Positions 12,850 through 25,050 of a stretch of DNA of 64,000 nucleotides are shown here, piece after piece. How positions within the stretch are numbered: position 1 is the stretch's first letter; the number at the start of each line of letters is the position of its first letter. The notes under the pieces are model-generated. The model was not told the DNA's origin, did no database searches, and was given only the letters and a program-made list of their open reading frames with translations. A program made the translations under genes and the position numbers. Origin of the DNA: Thalia democratica (lineage: Eukaryota); contig OZ241833.1 of assembly GCA_965202585.1 (NCBI GenBank), positions 28,954,001 through 29,018,000 on the forward strand, read 5' to 3'.

Positions 12850-13924
12850 TTTATATTGAATTATAATTTATATGGATTACTGTAAATTACTTTCTTAGAG
12901 TGGTTTTCAGGTTAAATATATCTATGAAGTAAACCAGTGCTTCTAAACCTTTTTCTAGTGGCGGAACCCTTTTCCAAAGTTCAACTTTTCCGCGGAACCC
13001 CTACTTTAATTTTACATAAAATGTTTATTATGATGTTTCCTGCTAAAACAAACGAATTTCAGTGAAAAGAGACTTTTTTCGACCAGTTACTGGACAGTCT
13101 TTTTCACGTTTCTGACGAAACCAAATGTAAAGGGGGCTGTCCAGCTTGTCAATGTAGCCTCTCCGTATTCTTTTTGACGATTTAAAGGCTCCAACTAGTT
13201 TTAGCTCCTCCTTTGGACTTTAAACTTTTTTAACTTTCCTTGCTTCTCAAAATATTGTTCAAAGTCGGTTCAAAGTTATAATATTTAATTTTTTGTCTTA
13301 AGATTGATTTTCTCGTTTTTGAATTATCAAAAACTATTTAAACTAAAATATTTTAAATTTCGTAATTAAAATTTTTGATTTATATTATAGCCACAAATTT
13401 ATAGTATGCAGTTAATTCTTTCGAAAAATTCATCGTACTAATTTACAACTCTCATTGTGGACAAAGTAAGCCCAAAACAAAACTTATTTTGATGTACTAT
13501 AAATAAGACATTAAAATACTTCTCAAAAATGCTGCTTATAACTTTAATAATTAGTAGAGATGGTAAATCATTTAGTTTGGTTGTACCTTGATGAACTTAA
13601 GTATTTAACTTTTAAAAAATGTTGATACAAAAAAAAAAGATAGCCAATAAAAAATAATGTCGAACAAAAGGTTAAGTTATAGAAGAAAAAAAAATCTACT
13701 TAAAATGCTGTTGTATTCTTTTTATGAAGCTTAAAGCTAAAAAATATTTTAAGAACTTCATTTTTTGTTTTAAAAAAAAATTAAGCTAATATGTAAAATA
13801 GTATTATAAACTGTTTTAATTTTTCAAACAAGGTGTAAAAAAAAAGTACACTATATATTAAAACTCATGTAATTTAACATTATAGTAAATTTATAATAAC
13901 GTCGCATCCGGGTATCAGCGACAG

Positions 13925-14350
13925 TAAATAGTAGAAAATTATTTCCGCAACAAAATGGTGAACTTTCGTAAAGAAAAAATGCTGCAAAATAATAGTGGGA
14001 CAATATCGGCAAAAAAGTCTCAAGGTCTTCCAAACACTGCACTTAATTCAAATGTTCAAAGTTTGTTGGGTAATGAACCTTCGAATTTAGTAATTACTAG
14101 CGCACCCAATCAAACACTTCAAAATCAACCAATTATAAACATTGCACCAAATTACACTTTAAATCCTTACAACACACACATAACAAATCAAATTTACAGT
14201 AACTGGATTGCTAATAACTACTATCATCAAAATTTAAAGAAATACTTTAACTTTTTGAATCAATTGAACCGCGCATCATTGTACAGTCTGCTGTCTCGAG
14301 ACAGGTCAAATTCAAACGGCCAGTACTTGCAAAACGTGAGAAATTACCAA
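13925..14350 (+). pseudogene. Third, 5'-truncated fragment of the homeobox gene (end of HD3 helix 3 plus N/Q-rich region)
   Basis: Matches ~30127-30552 ([21 protein letters not shown]); corresponds to ORF 13955-14398. Confidence 0.85.
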
Positions 14351-15539
14351 AAACTCTATAAAATTATGACTGTAGTAGACAAAAACAATTTATTGTAAAT
14401 TAATGAAAACAACATAAATCAAAATATTATACTTGTAAAATAAAGTTGTTAGTAGTTTTATAACTAAAAGCGCAAGTAAACAAACAAAAGACTTGTAGTG
14501 TATAAGCATTTTATCTAAATTGAAATAACTAATGTTTACGAAAAGCAGCAACTTGTAGTAAAATATTGTTATTTAAAAAATTTAAAGAACTACTTAAAAA
14601 TACACTATTATATAAAAAACATAACTTTCTTCTATAATACAATTTATGATTAAATAAATACTAAAAAATGACTATAGCAGATTATGCAATTCGTTTTGTT
14701 CGTTAAAGATAACTTTATTTGAAAACTTATAAGTGTATAATATAAGACTGTTATTGAAAATCAGATTCCTTAAAAAATAAGAATAAAAGAACAAAATATT
14801 TTTTTTTATAACATAATGTAATATTAAACTACAGCTTTACAGAAAAAACTAACGATTATGGTAGTCAAGTATAGTTTGTTTGTATTAATATTGCAATTTT
14901 TTAAAACTTATAAATATAGCACAAAGAAGTAACCTTTATATAACTAAAAAACAAGTTAATTAAAAAAGTAATGACATACAGAAAAAAAGCATAACTTTAT
15001 TTAACCTAAAACACTAACTAGTTAAAATAGATACTTATACAACAAAAGTTTTAATTATTTATTATCACTACTGCGAGTTTGTTGTCAATACGATGGACCC
15101 AGGCATCAAAACTTAGGCCACTTGAACTTAAAAACAGATAACGAAGAAATGAAGAATACGAATAACACAAAAAGTTAATTTTGATAAAACAAAAAAAAAA
15201 CATAATTTAATTGCAAGTTTATAGATAAACATAAAAATAAAAAAGTTTAACACACAAACTTATACTTTTTAACTTATTTACGCTTTGATGTAGGATGATT
15301 TTGTAAACCTTGTCTTTTCTTCTCCTTAAAAGCAATATCATCATTAACACTTTCAATAATCTGTTATATTAACAAAATTTGTTATTAAAATTACAAATTA
15401 TTGAACGACAGAAAATGGCCCTCAATATGTTTTGTCTTAAGACCTGATGTAAGGAAAAACTTTTCGGGTACAGTTTAATTTCCTTTCCAGGACAGCTTAA
15501 CATAAAAAGTAAACTTTTTTCGAAAAATAATTACAGTAG

Positions 15540-15757
15540 CAGGGGCGTCGCGTAATTTTTTTTTATAATAAAACTTTTTTTTAAGTATTAAACTGTTAAT
15601 AATATTATTTTTAAAACAAAATTTTTTTACTAACGATTTTCTGTAATTGCAGTATATTTACCCTAGTAAATTAATTTTTGAACTATATCAAATCAAGGGG
15701 TTTCTTAAATACTTTTATGTTTTTCGCACCCCTAATAAAACACCACGCGTCGCCATT
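15540..15757. mobile_element. Small MITE-like element with imperfect GC-rich TIRs
   Basis: CAGGGGCGTCGCGT at ~15540 and ACGCGTCGCCATT at ~15745; TSD not clear. Confidence 0.4.
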
Positions 15758-16237
15758 AGACTGTGTAGAAAATTTAGATATGAAATTAATTCTTTATTGA
15801 TAAAGAAAACTAATCCAAAGTTTTGTAACTTTTAAATAGAAGCATAATTTTTTTTTTATTGAAAGAGCACTAAACTGAATTGCCCAAACATAATAGATAA
15901 ATAAGCAAAATTACTAAAATTTAAAGGTTTTGTAAAAATAAAAATTCTCACTTAAAAGGTTAATTTTATACAAAAAATAACTATTTGTAGAATAAAATAG
16001 ACTTTTTTTTATTAAAAGAGCAGCTTTATACAAAAATAATCAGTATAACTTATATATAAGAATAACTTAATGACGAAGCATAGTTAATGATATGACAAAA
16101 TTTACAAAAAATATATGACTGTGGTAGACAATTGTTATAGCGTTTAGTACATGTTTTTTAACAACGTTTTTTATCAGTAAAATACTTAAAATAAGGTAAA
16201 TTAAGAAAACAGAAATACATTTCATCAATTTTCACAG

Positions 16238-16667
16238 TGATAACGCGAGGAAAGCTGTTTTTGTCATTTACAAGTACCGCGCGGAAAAAGGACTGCCTCC
16301 TGGCGGCATCTGGCTTGATGTAACCCTTCGGGATTCGTCATCTACTGGCTCGGATGCCAACCCCTTCGTTTTCTCCAACGGAGCTAAAGTAGAAGATACC
16401 AACGTTGTGATAAGGTGGGATGTAGACCAGCCTTTTTATTCGTTAAATAACCACTGCTCTTACCTGGCTGCCGGGGGACTTAAAGAAAGTGGCTGCATTG
16501 ATTATTATGCCGCACTATGTAAAACAAAAGGAAAATGCGAAGAGGAGGAAGAGTGCCCAATAAACAACGAATCAGGCCGTTCCCGCGCAAACTTGCCGGT
16601 TTTCGCGCTTTTTATGGCGGGCAGCGTCTTTCGAGCCTTCTACGCCCTCGTCGGCCCTGTGGCGTAA
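16238..16667 (+). CDS. Terminal exon of a C-type lectin-like domain protein with hydrophobic C-terminal tail
   Basis: Acceptor TTTTCACAG|16238. Open frame DNARKAVFVIYKY..GGIWLDVT..PFVFSNG..IRWDVDQP..NNHCSYL..GLKESGCIDYYAALCK matches the CTLD WIGL / F.W.DG / W..GEP / C / W.D..C / .C pattern. It ends ..LPVFALFMAGSVFRAFYALVGPVA*. GC-rich island; upstream exons not found. Confidence 0.7.
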
Positions 16668-18722
16668 GCTTGCGCGCGCCTTCGTTCGAGTGGAAACTCT
16701 TCTTTCGAGTTTGCACCTGAAAAACCGTTGTTACTATTTGTAAGTTTAAAACATACACGTTTTATCGTGTACACGAATATTATGTGAGTCTTACTTTGTT
16801 TGTTTCTGTATTCTTTTGAAATTCTTGTTTGCTAATTTTTGTTGATGTAAAGCAATTAACATGTGGCACTTGGGTACTTTAAGCATTATAAGTACATTAA
16901 ATCAACATGTTACTCTTATAAATCAAACAGTTTTTACGTTATGAGTTGTCCATAAAACTTTTTACGACTGCAAATTACCAAATTTTATTATTTGAAACTT
17001 TTATACATTTTATTTGCTTTTACAGCACAGCTTCACAAATAATCAAAAATAAGTGTAATTAGAAGTAAAATGATATTTGTTTTATAAAGTTTAGGCTTAC
17101 ATAGATTTCAACTTTTAAACTTTACTTAAAACTTTTGTTATTCAAGTTAATAAACCATGCTTTTTTTACCTTTTAAGCAAAAAAGATCAAAGCTTAAGGT
17201 TTTTTTTTAACGCAGGTTTACACATAAATTACATTTATTTTCTTTTTTATAATAATACTTTACTACATATTAAACTAAAAACCTCTTTATTGTCAGTTTC
17301 TGAATATTAGCTTTACGAAATCATATTACGCTAAAATACAAATTTTATAAGCTATGTCTAACTACTTGTTTGTCTATTTTCATTTACAAATATTTAGTCA
17401 TTCTCTACTAATTTACTTAATAAAATTTAACGGCAAGAAAAACTTAAAGGCATTTTATTTACTAAATTAAATTATTTTAAAGTACAGTGTATTACTTTAC
17501 GAACTTAACCAATAACTTATAATACTTTAGAAAGTTTTATCAAAGTTTAAAACTTACAGTAATAAAATACTTCTATTGAGGCAAGATTTAACAACTAAAC
17601 AAAATATATTGTTTTCTCTCCTGATATATAGACTTGTAAAGTATATATATTTATATTTTATTTCAAACTATTATCAATCAGTAACTACACTACAACAAAA
17701 AATTATAAATTATTTTTGTCTTTTTTAAATTTGCTAGAAATGTTGGTTTAAATGAGGTAATAAGTGAAAGTTTGGTTTATTGTTAAAGCAGTCTATAAAA
17801 AGATCATTTTATGTGAAAAAGAAATATAAGTATGTTGACTTTCATAGAAATCTAAGTCATTTTAACAAAGTGTTTCTCATCTTTAGTACAATAGCTGATT
17901 AATAAAATTAAAGTACTGTTTACTTTATTATTTCAAAAAAAAGGTGGGAGCTTGTTTAGTATAGTCTTGACATAACTGTTTAGTATAATTTTTTATAAAA
18001 TTAAAAGTAATTAAAAAATAAAATGTTTCCCGAACATTATAACAGTACTAATAAGCATTTCAACAAACTTCCTCTTAATTTCAGCACAACCTTAAATAGA
18101 TAAGTTAAAAACTAACCGATGCTTTAAAACAAATGTTTCTTTCGTAACTAAACATTTTCTATTGAATAATTTAAAAAATCATTTGAAACTTGAAAAACAA
18201 GAGTTCAAAAGTACTATAAAGTTATTTTACGTTTCTTAGATTTTTGCTAAAAACTTATGTTAAGATACTTGTGTTGTTTGTATTTAAAGTAAACTACTAC
18301 TCTTTAAACTAGGGGTAAGACGTGGCCCACGGAGGTAATTAATTAAAGTTTAATTGTAAATTAAAGTTTTAGCTTGTTTATGAAATATCGCTTACGATTT
18401 TTATAAACAAAAGAAAATTTTACTCTGCAACTTTGTTCTTTTACTTGATGTCTATTTACAATAAATGCTAATAAGAAAACGCTAGAAACTTAAAACAATA
18501 ATACTTTATGTAAAATAAAAATTCAACTTATGTATAAGCTATCGTTATTCTAGAAGTTTTTACTTATAACAGAATAAACTTATTTTGTGTCTTTATTAAT
18601 GTGGCTCCTCTACTTATTATCCCCTCTTGTTGTAACTCTTGTAAATAGTCAAAAACGAAACTTTTTTTCTTTTTGAACCAAACTAATAAAAAAGTTTTAA
18701 TTATTTTTTATATAATTTAAAC

Positions 18723-19059
18723 CAGCGATTCTTAACTAGGGGTAAACTTACCCCTGAGGGTTAATTCACTTGTTTTAAGTGGTAAATTTTATTTAATACG
18801 AGGTATGAAAATTAATTCTAATTAGTTGTTTTTTAACTTAGAAGTTAGTATCTAACTGTATATTTTTAAGTTAAATAAAGTCTTTAAGTTTTACGATTTT
18901 TTATATATAATAAGCTTAAAGTTCAAAAAATCAATTCTCAAAATTAAACACTATTTTGTATATTTGGGGTAAATTTGGTAGTCACCATCCAAAAAAGCTA
19001 AATTTGTTAATAACCTTCCTAAAAGGAGTAAAAAATTAATAAAAGGTTGAGAACCGCTG
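18723..19059. mobile_element. hAT (Charlie/Buster-like) MITE, same insertion as 12387-12724 (predates the duplication)
   Basis: CAGCGATTCTTAAC..GTTGAGAACCGCTG; TSD atttaaac/ttttaaac. Confidence 0.72.
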
Positions 19060-19479
19060 TTTTAAACAATTTTATTTTTTGATAAGCTAATAAAAATGCA
19101 TTAATTTTTCTTTAAGATAAATTAAAAAATTTAAAACGATGCTGCTCTGTATTTAGTATTATATTTTGATAGTACTGCTTTGAAAATACAGAATACTTAA
19201 AATTGACAAAACTAAGTTTAATCTAATGTAAAAAAAATATCCCTATAATAAATACTAAAATATTTAAAAAAAATGTCTGTTTGTAACAAAAATCATCTAT
19301 ACTTGTTTATAAATAAGATGCCAACACAAAAATCTATAAAAAAAAATACAACTTGTTTCTTAGAGTTATAAAACAAAGCGAAAAGTAAGTTAAGTTTACA
19401 AGTTAATCATTAAATTTTAACGTATCAAGTATAAATTGCTTACTACCCAAATAAAATGTTTTACAACACCAATGTGAGT

Positions 19480-22400
19480 AAAGCTTACTAATCCCCTTTA
19501 GTTCAACTTTTCAAACTTTGATTTTGTAAAACTTAAATAACTTCTATCAATATTTCTTTATTCATTTTTACCATACAATAACTTAGTAATTTCTGGACTA
19601 TCGACAGACTTTAGTTGCTAATTGTTATTCTTGTGTAACAGCAATTGTAAAATGCACAAAATTATCTGCACAAGTTTATATTAAGTTAGTATTTATGTAC
19701 TACGGTAAGTTGTTAATGATTAGGCACTTAAATTCTGTTCAAGGTGACCTTTAGGCTGCCATGGATATTAAGACTTCGGGTATGACTAATATCAATTTGA
19801 AAGTAACAAACTGCGGGGAACGAATTCTCTGAACTTATATTTTCTTTAAGTAAAATAGTACTTTCGTTTTCCAAAAGACATTCCACCTGTAAAGCTTTTT
19901 TTATTAATTTCTATAAAAAAGAACTTAAGTTAAATCAACTTCAAACAAGCTTTAAAACTTCATTACTTGTTTTTCTGGGTGTACATCTCCATTTTGTGTG
20001 TAGTCAGATCCGAGCTATCGACCTTCTGTTATCATAATTAGTGGTTAGTTCACGTCTAACATTGAAAATACAAAAAAATCACTTCTTAACTTTTATTCTC
20101 ATTTAATGTTTTGGTTTTAAATAACCTACATTAGTTTGTATTAACACTTGAAAAAAAATGATAAAATTCGTTTGGGAAATCTGCTTAAGTATAAAAAATA
20201 AAAGAAATGAGTTATAGAGGGGATGGTTGGGTATCAAACTCGCTGTTGAGCTTGTGACCAACTTGAAAAACGTAAACATAGTTTGAAGCTTTCCTAGGTG
20301 ATGTTTTCCTTGTACCTAAAGTATAATGTCTCGTCAATAGAATTAAAAACTATGCATATGTGTGTTTAGAGGTAGTTTAAGTTTCGATTTCTTCTTTTCG
20401 CCGCTTTTTTGGTTTCCAAACTTCTTCAACATCTAAAGTTTCATCGTACATTCAAATTTTTTTTAATAAACTTTTTTCAAATCTGTTCTTAGTTTCACGG
20501 TCTTTATAACAAAACGATTATATAGGGCTAGAAATCAACAAAATATGTTATCAAAAAATTTAGTACGTTACCTGGTAAAACCAAGACGTGGTAAACATTT
20601 TTTGTTTCATATAAAAATGCAACTTTTTAAACTTCTTGTATATTTTGAACAAAGTATCCAACGGCTTTGGAGAATCTTATTTCAAGTGGCTCGTTTTTTA
20701 TTCAAAAGCTATTCTGAAGTAGCCTAATTTATTTTTTTAATAGATAAGTAACTACTGAAACTTTATTTCTATACCTAATAATGATATAGCCTTACCAAGC
20801 TTTATTTAATACCTGTAGATGTAGCAAAATTAATTATTTGTATAGTTGAAACTTTGAAATTAAAAACCATACAAGTTAAAATAACAAACATTATTTTTAA
20901 TAATCAAATATAAACTTTTCTTTTCACTTTTCATTTTTGTTATAAAAATAGAACTATCTACGCATTTTTTTCTGCAAATATACTATCGAAATTGAAATAA
21001 TTAACTTTTTTATTAGACATAATTAAAACAAACGTAATTTTCAAGTTTTTTTTTAAAGAAAGCAAACTCAAAATGCTCACAAAATGTTAATTCTGAATAT
21101 TTGCACAATAAAAAATAAATTTATCAAACTTGTTTAATTTTAATATTTTTAACACTAATAGTATTTAAGTAATTTGGTATTTTTCAAATTTTTCGAATAA
21201 AGCTTAGTAAGTACAGTTTATATACGGAGAGGTAATATGTAGTTATAAAAAAATTGTTTCAGCAAATATTAAACAAAGTTTAAGCCTTGAATTTTATAAA
21301 CAACACAGATGAGTTACCAACTTAATTCAGAAATAACTTTAAAACCTTATTTGGAGTAGTGAACCTTTAAATATAATAACATTCTCTAAATCATTCATAA
21401 ACACTTGAAAATTATAATTCTTTTAAAATTTCTTGAACTCATCATTTTAATACTAAACGAGTTATGTCAGAGTAAAAAAAAATATTTTGTACAAAGCTTA
21501 CACTTCTAACTGTTTATAATAATTTTTTTTTATCATTTCTAACTCTTGTGTTCCAACTGTTTTCAATTCAACACTATTAGCTTCTAATTTCTTTTTCAAC
21601 ATTCGTACTTTTTGAAATTTACTACTGACAAAAATTTATTCTAAATATATACTTTGGTAGTTAATATTTAGCTAAACATACTGATGTAATGAACGTAGAA
21701 AAAATTAGTCTACTTCAAAAATCTGCATGACAGCATCAACGACGAAAATCTCCGGCCTTTTTTGCGAGAAAATTGGCAATGTGATTTGCTGCAAGGTATA
21801 TATACTTTTTGTTAATTGTCTTTTTTTTAACTTTTTTTTTTGATTTAAAGCTGTAAACAATTCGTTTTTCTCGTAAGTGTTTAAATAACATGCTATATAG
21901 ATAAATTTTTAATAACAAAAAGCTGTTGTTATTACAAAAGACAAAAACTGATTTCACACTTGTTTAAAATTTGGTGCTCATGCCACGAATATTCCTAGGA
22001 ATGAAAATGATTAAAATCAATAATAAAAAGAAAAACTGATTTGAAACATTTCCAATACATACTTTAAAATTTTCACAAACATTAGCTTTCATACCAGGTA
22101 GCAGTGGATTCGAAAAGTTACGCTCTTGTATAATTTCAATCGAAACGTTAAACTGACAAGTGCGTAAAACTGCTACACCATGAAGTTTTAAATGAAAAAT
22201 GCGTGAGTTTTAAATTGAACTTATTAATTTCACAAAAACTGATTTTCTAGATGAAGCTTTAGGTATTTCAGTTTAATTTTCGATTAAAGGGTGAATCTCA
22301 GTATGTAAATAGTTTTATTCAGATGTGTTAAAAAACCGACTAGATTAAATTTACAACATCGGTTCAAAAAGGTTTTTAATTGCCTTGTCGCCTAAAAACA

Positions 22401-23270
22401 AATAACAATTATGTTAAAAGCATTTTAATTAAAATATAAATACTTAACTTGGCTGCAGGAAAATACAAAACAAATGAAAAATCAAAAGAAGAAAAACAAA
22501 AAAAAAAGTCTTTGTTGAATTGGAAGACAAAACAAAGAAAAACTTGAGATCAAACCAATTTTCAATCATTTACAGAGCTTTTATAGTATGAACACAGCAA
22601 AATGGTTGTTAAACATGTTAACAATAGATTTGATATGTTTCCTCGTGGCTGAATAGCAAGTACAACTATATATCTCTTAAATAATCGGTGAGATTGCAAA
22701 ATTGGAAGTTGTGAGAAACGGGCGATGAGTAAAGATAAAGTTATGCCTGAGTTTGCGATGGATGTCATCAGTAGATGCTTTCTTCAACAGGGACTTGAAA
22801 GATGGCACGCTGTACGTTAGTTCGTTATAACAACTCTTTTAATAAAAACTCTAGAGCAACTTTTTATTAGTAGACCAATGCTTTAAAAAAAAATATCTTT
22901 ATTATATGTTTTGATTTTAAGAAAACATATAATTCTACTTCTCTTTGTAAATTAAAGTTTCTGGTTTTTTATTGGTAAAAGAGTGTGTATGTAGAGAATG
23001 ACTCAAGTTATATGTTTTTGTAAATCTAATTGGTTATAACTTTGTTAGTAAATATAGTGCAAAAGTATTCTAATTACTTGAACAATAAGATTTTTCTTAG
23101 AAATACCTTTGGAGCATAAAACACTGTAGGTTTTATTTTTCTTGACTACTTAGAAATTGAAACTTTTTACAATGTTTTAGGACTGAAAATTGTTAGACAT
23201 TAATGAGGAAATTGTTAGTAGTTTTACAATCTCCTTAGCTGCTTCTAGTTTTTTCATTGGTTCTAAAATG
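19480..23270 (-). pseudogene. Decayed AT-rich multi-exon gene or TE-ORF relic of unknown family
   Basis: Several AG..GT-bounded, protein-like but stop- or frameshift-interrupted segments on the minus strand, e.g. VECLLENESTILLKENISSENSFPAVCYFQIDISH (~19750-19888), KNEPLEIRFSKAVGYFVQ..FLYETKNVYHVLVLP (~20572-20700), LCKYSELTFCEHFEFAFF (~21035-21110), MLKKKLEANSVELKTVG (~21510-21610), SFKSLLKKASTDDIHRKLRHNF (~22690-22815). Confidence 0.35.
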
Positions 23271-25050
23271 TTATCCTGTGTTTTTTTTTGCAATAAATTG
23301 GTTTACTAGTAAAATGTCAGTATTTTACTTGCTAGCTAATTGAACTTATATGTTTCTAAGTGTAGTCTAAAAGTTTGAAGTAGAAAGTATTACATAAATT
23401 TTCACAGCTTTTAAAATCTATGTAACCACAAAATAGTTAAACTGTAAGACATATATACATAATTCAGGACGTGTTGTACCATTGGTTTAAATTGAAAGGC
23501 GACTTTTGAGTATACTATCGCCAGAATGGTTTATTATTGACTAATCGTGTTTTGTCTATAGATATTATGTCACACCTGTAGTTATGACATTTCTTTTTTT
23601 TTATATTAAAATTTTTAAATATGGTTTATTGTAAACCCTTCAAGAAAATGTTATTGTGTTTGAACAAAAGATAAATTTCTAAAAGCTTTTTGAGCTATTT
23701 TACAATTATTTTTCTTGCAAATTAATACTTTCAAAGTTTTAAAAGTAAATTTTCACAAACACTTACAAAATTATACTTACTTTTTGAAAAATGTAGACAG
23801 ACCTATGTGTTTCTTATTAAAAATTTCAACTATACCAGTTATTGTTTAAATTTGTTATCATAGTCACACCTAGCATTTAAATCTCATGACTTTAGGAACA
23901 ATAAAAAAAATATGTAGTATCAATAAATTTGTCAATCAATCAAAAACTAATGATATTTTATAAACTATTATTATTCAAAACATCTGAATCTTGGCACATG
24001 TACACAAAAATTAAAGTATGTAATTAAATGTTTTCCAATTAGTTTTTAAGTAACTAAAACTTTAAAGACTTATGGATAATTAAACGTATTTTTTCCGGTT
24101 TTAATTTTTTTAGTTAACTTAAAGTTTGTTAATACTATTGAAAGTAAACGTTAAAGCAAAAGTTACAAAATGCTCAATTAAAAAACAAAAGTGTTTGCTT
24201 ACGAAAATATACGCCGGTAGAACCAGCAAAAATATAATCAAAATCTACCAAAGAGTTTTTAAAACAAGATTTGGGTAATAAGTTTTAAAGAAGTTGATAG
24301 ACTGCAGAAAACAAATAGTAGTTCAGCGATTGGGGAACATTTGATTTTAACTTGAAACTCTTTGTGAATTTTAACGCGGATAACTATACCAAAATAATAC
24401 CAAGAACTCGTGATGACTTTCATTTAAAAACTCTGGAGGCAGTATATATCTTAAGCCTAAAACCAGAAGTGTTTAAACAAAATAAACCAGTCTATTCGAC
24501 CATATTGTTTACTTCGTTGAACTTAAATTGATTGATTTTATAACTGCGTTACATTTTATCACTACTGTGTTAAAGACTCAGTTTTTTTAGTTAATGATGT
24601 TACAAACCACGAACTAGTTACTGATGAGCGTGGTTGAAAAATACTTATACTTGTGTTTATATTCAGTAAAATATTAATGTATTAACAGGATTAAGAACAG
24701 TAAATTAGTGTAGTACAAAAACATTATAAAAATCAATGGTAAATGTGTTGTAAAAAATAAATTTTTAAAAGCAGCATGATAAAAAATAAAGTAAAATTTA
24801 CGAGCTAGTACGAAAAAAAAATCTAAAAAATTAAAAACAGTCTACAAACTTTAAACAGTTTAAAGTTGGTCACAAATATTTTGTAAATAAAACATTCAGA
24901 TAAAAAAACAACATTTAAAAAATAAGCTTTTTGTGATAATCTCATTAAATTAATTTAATCTATAATAGAATTTCCAGGATAAAACAAGTAAATTATGCTT
25001 CAAACATAGTTAAGAGGTAGAGTTGACTGCTTAATAGAAATTTAACATTT

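Noticed and set aside
12935-13020. Charlie-type hAT left end (CAGTGCTTCTAAACC..GCGGAACCC)
   Set aside because: No matching right end or TSD nearby, so it was not called as an element.
22690-23270. Resemblance of relic peptides (LQHNFVH, EFLTVF..SH) to tyrosine-kinase subdomains
   Set aside because: The spacing does not fit, no HRD/DFG/APE motif is recoverable and both copies have many stops; likely a chance resemblance.
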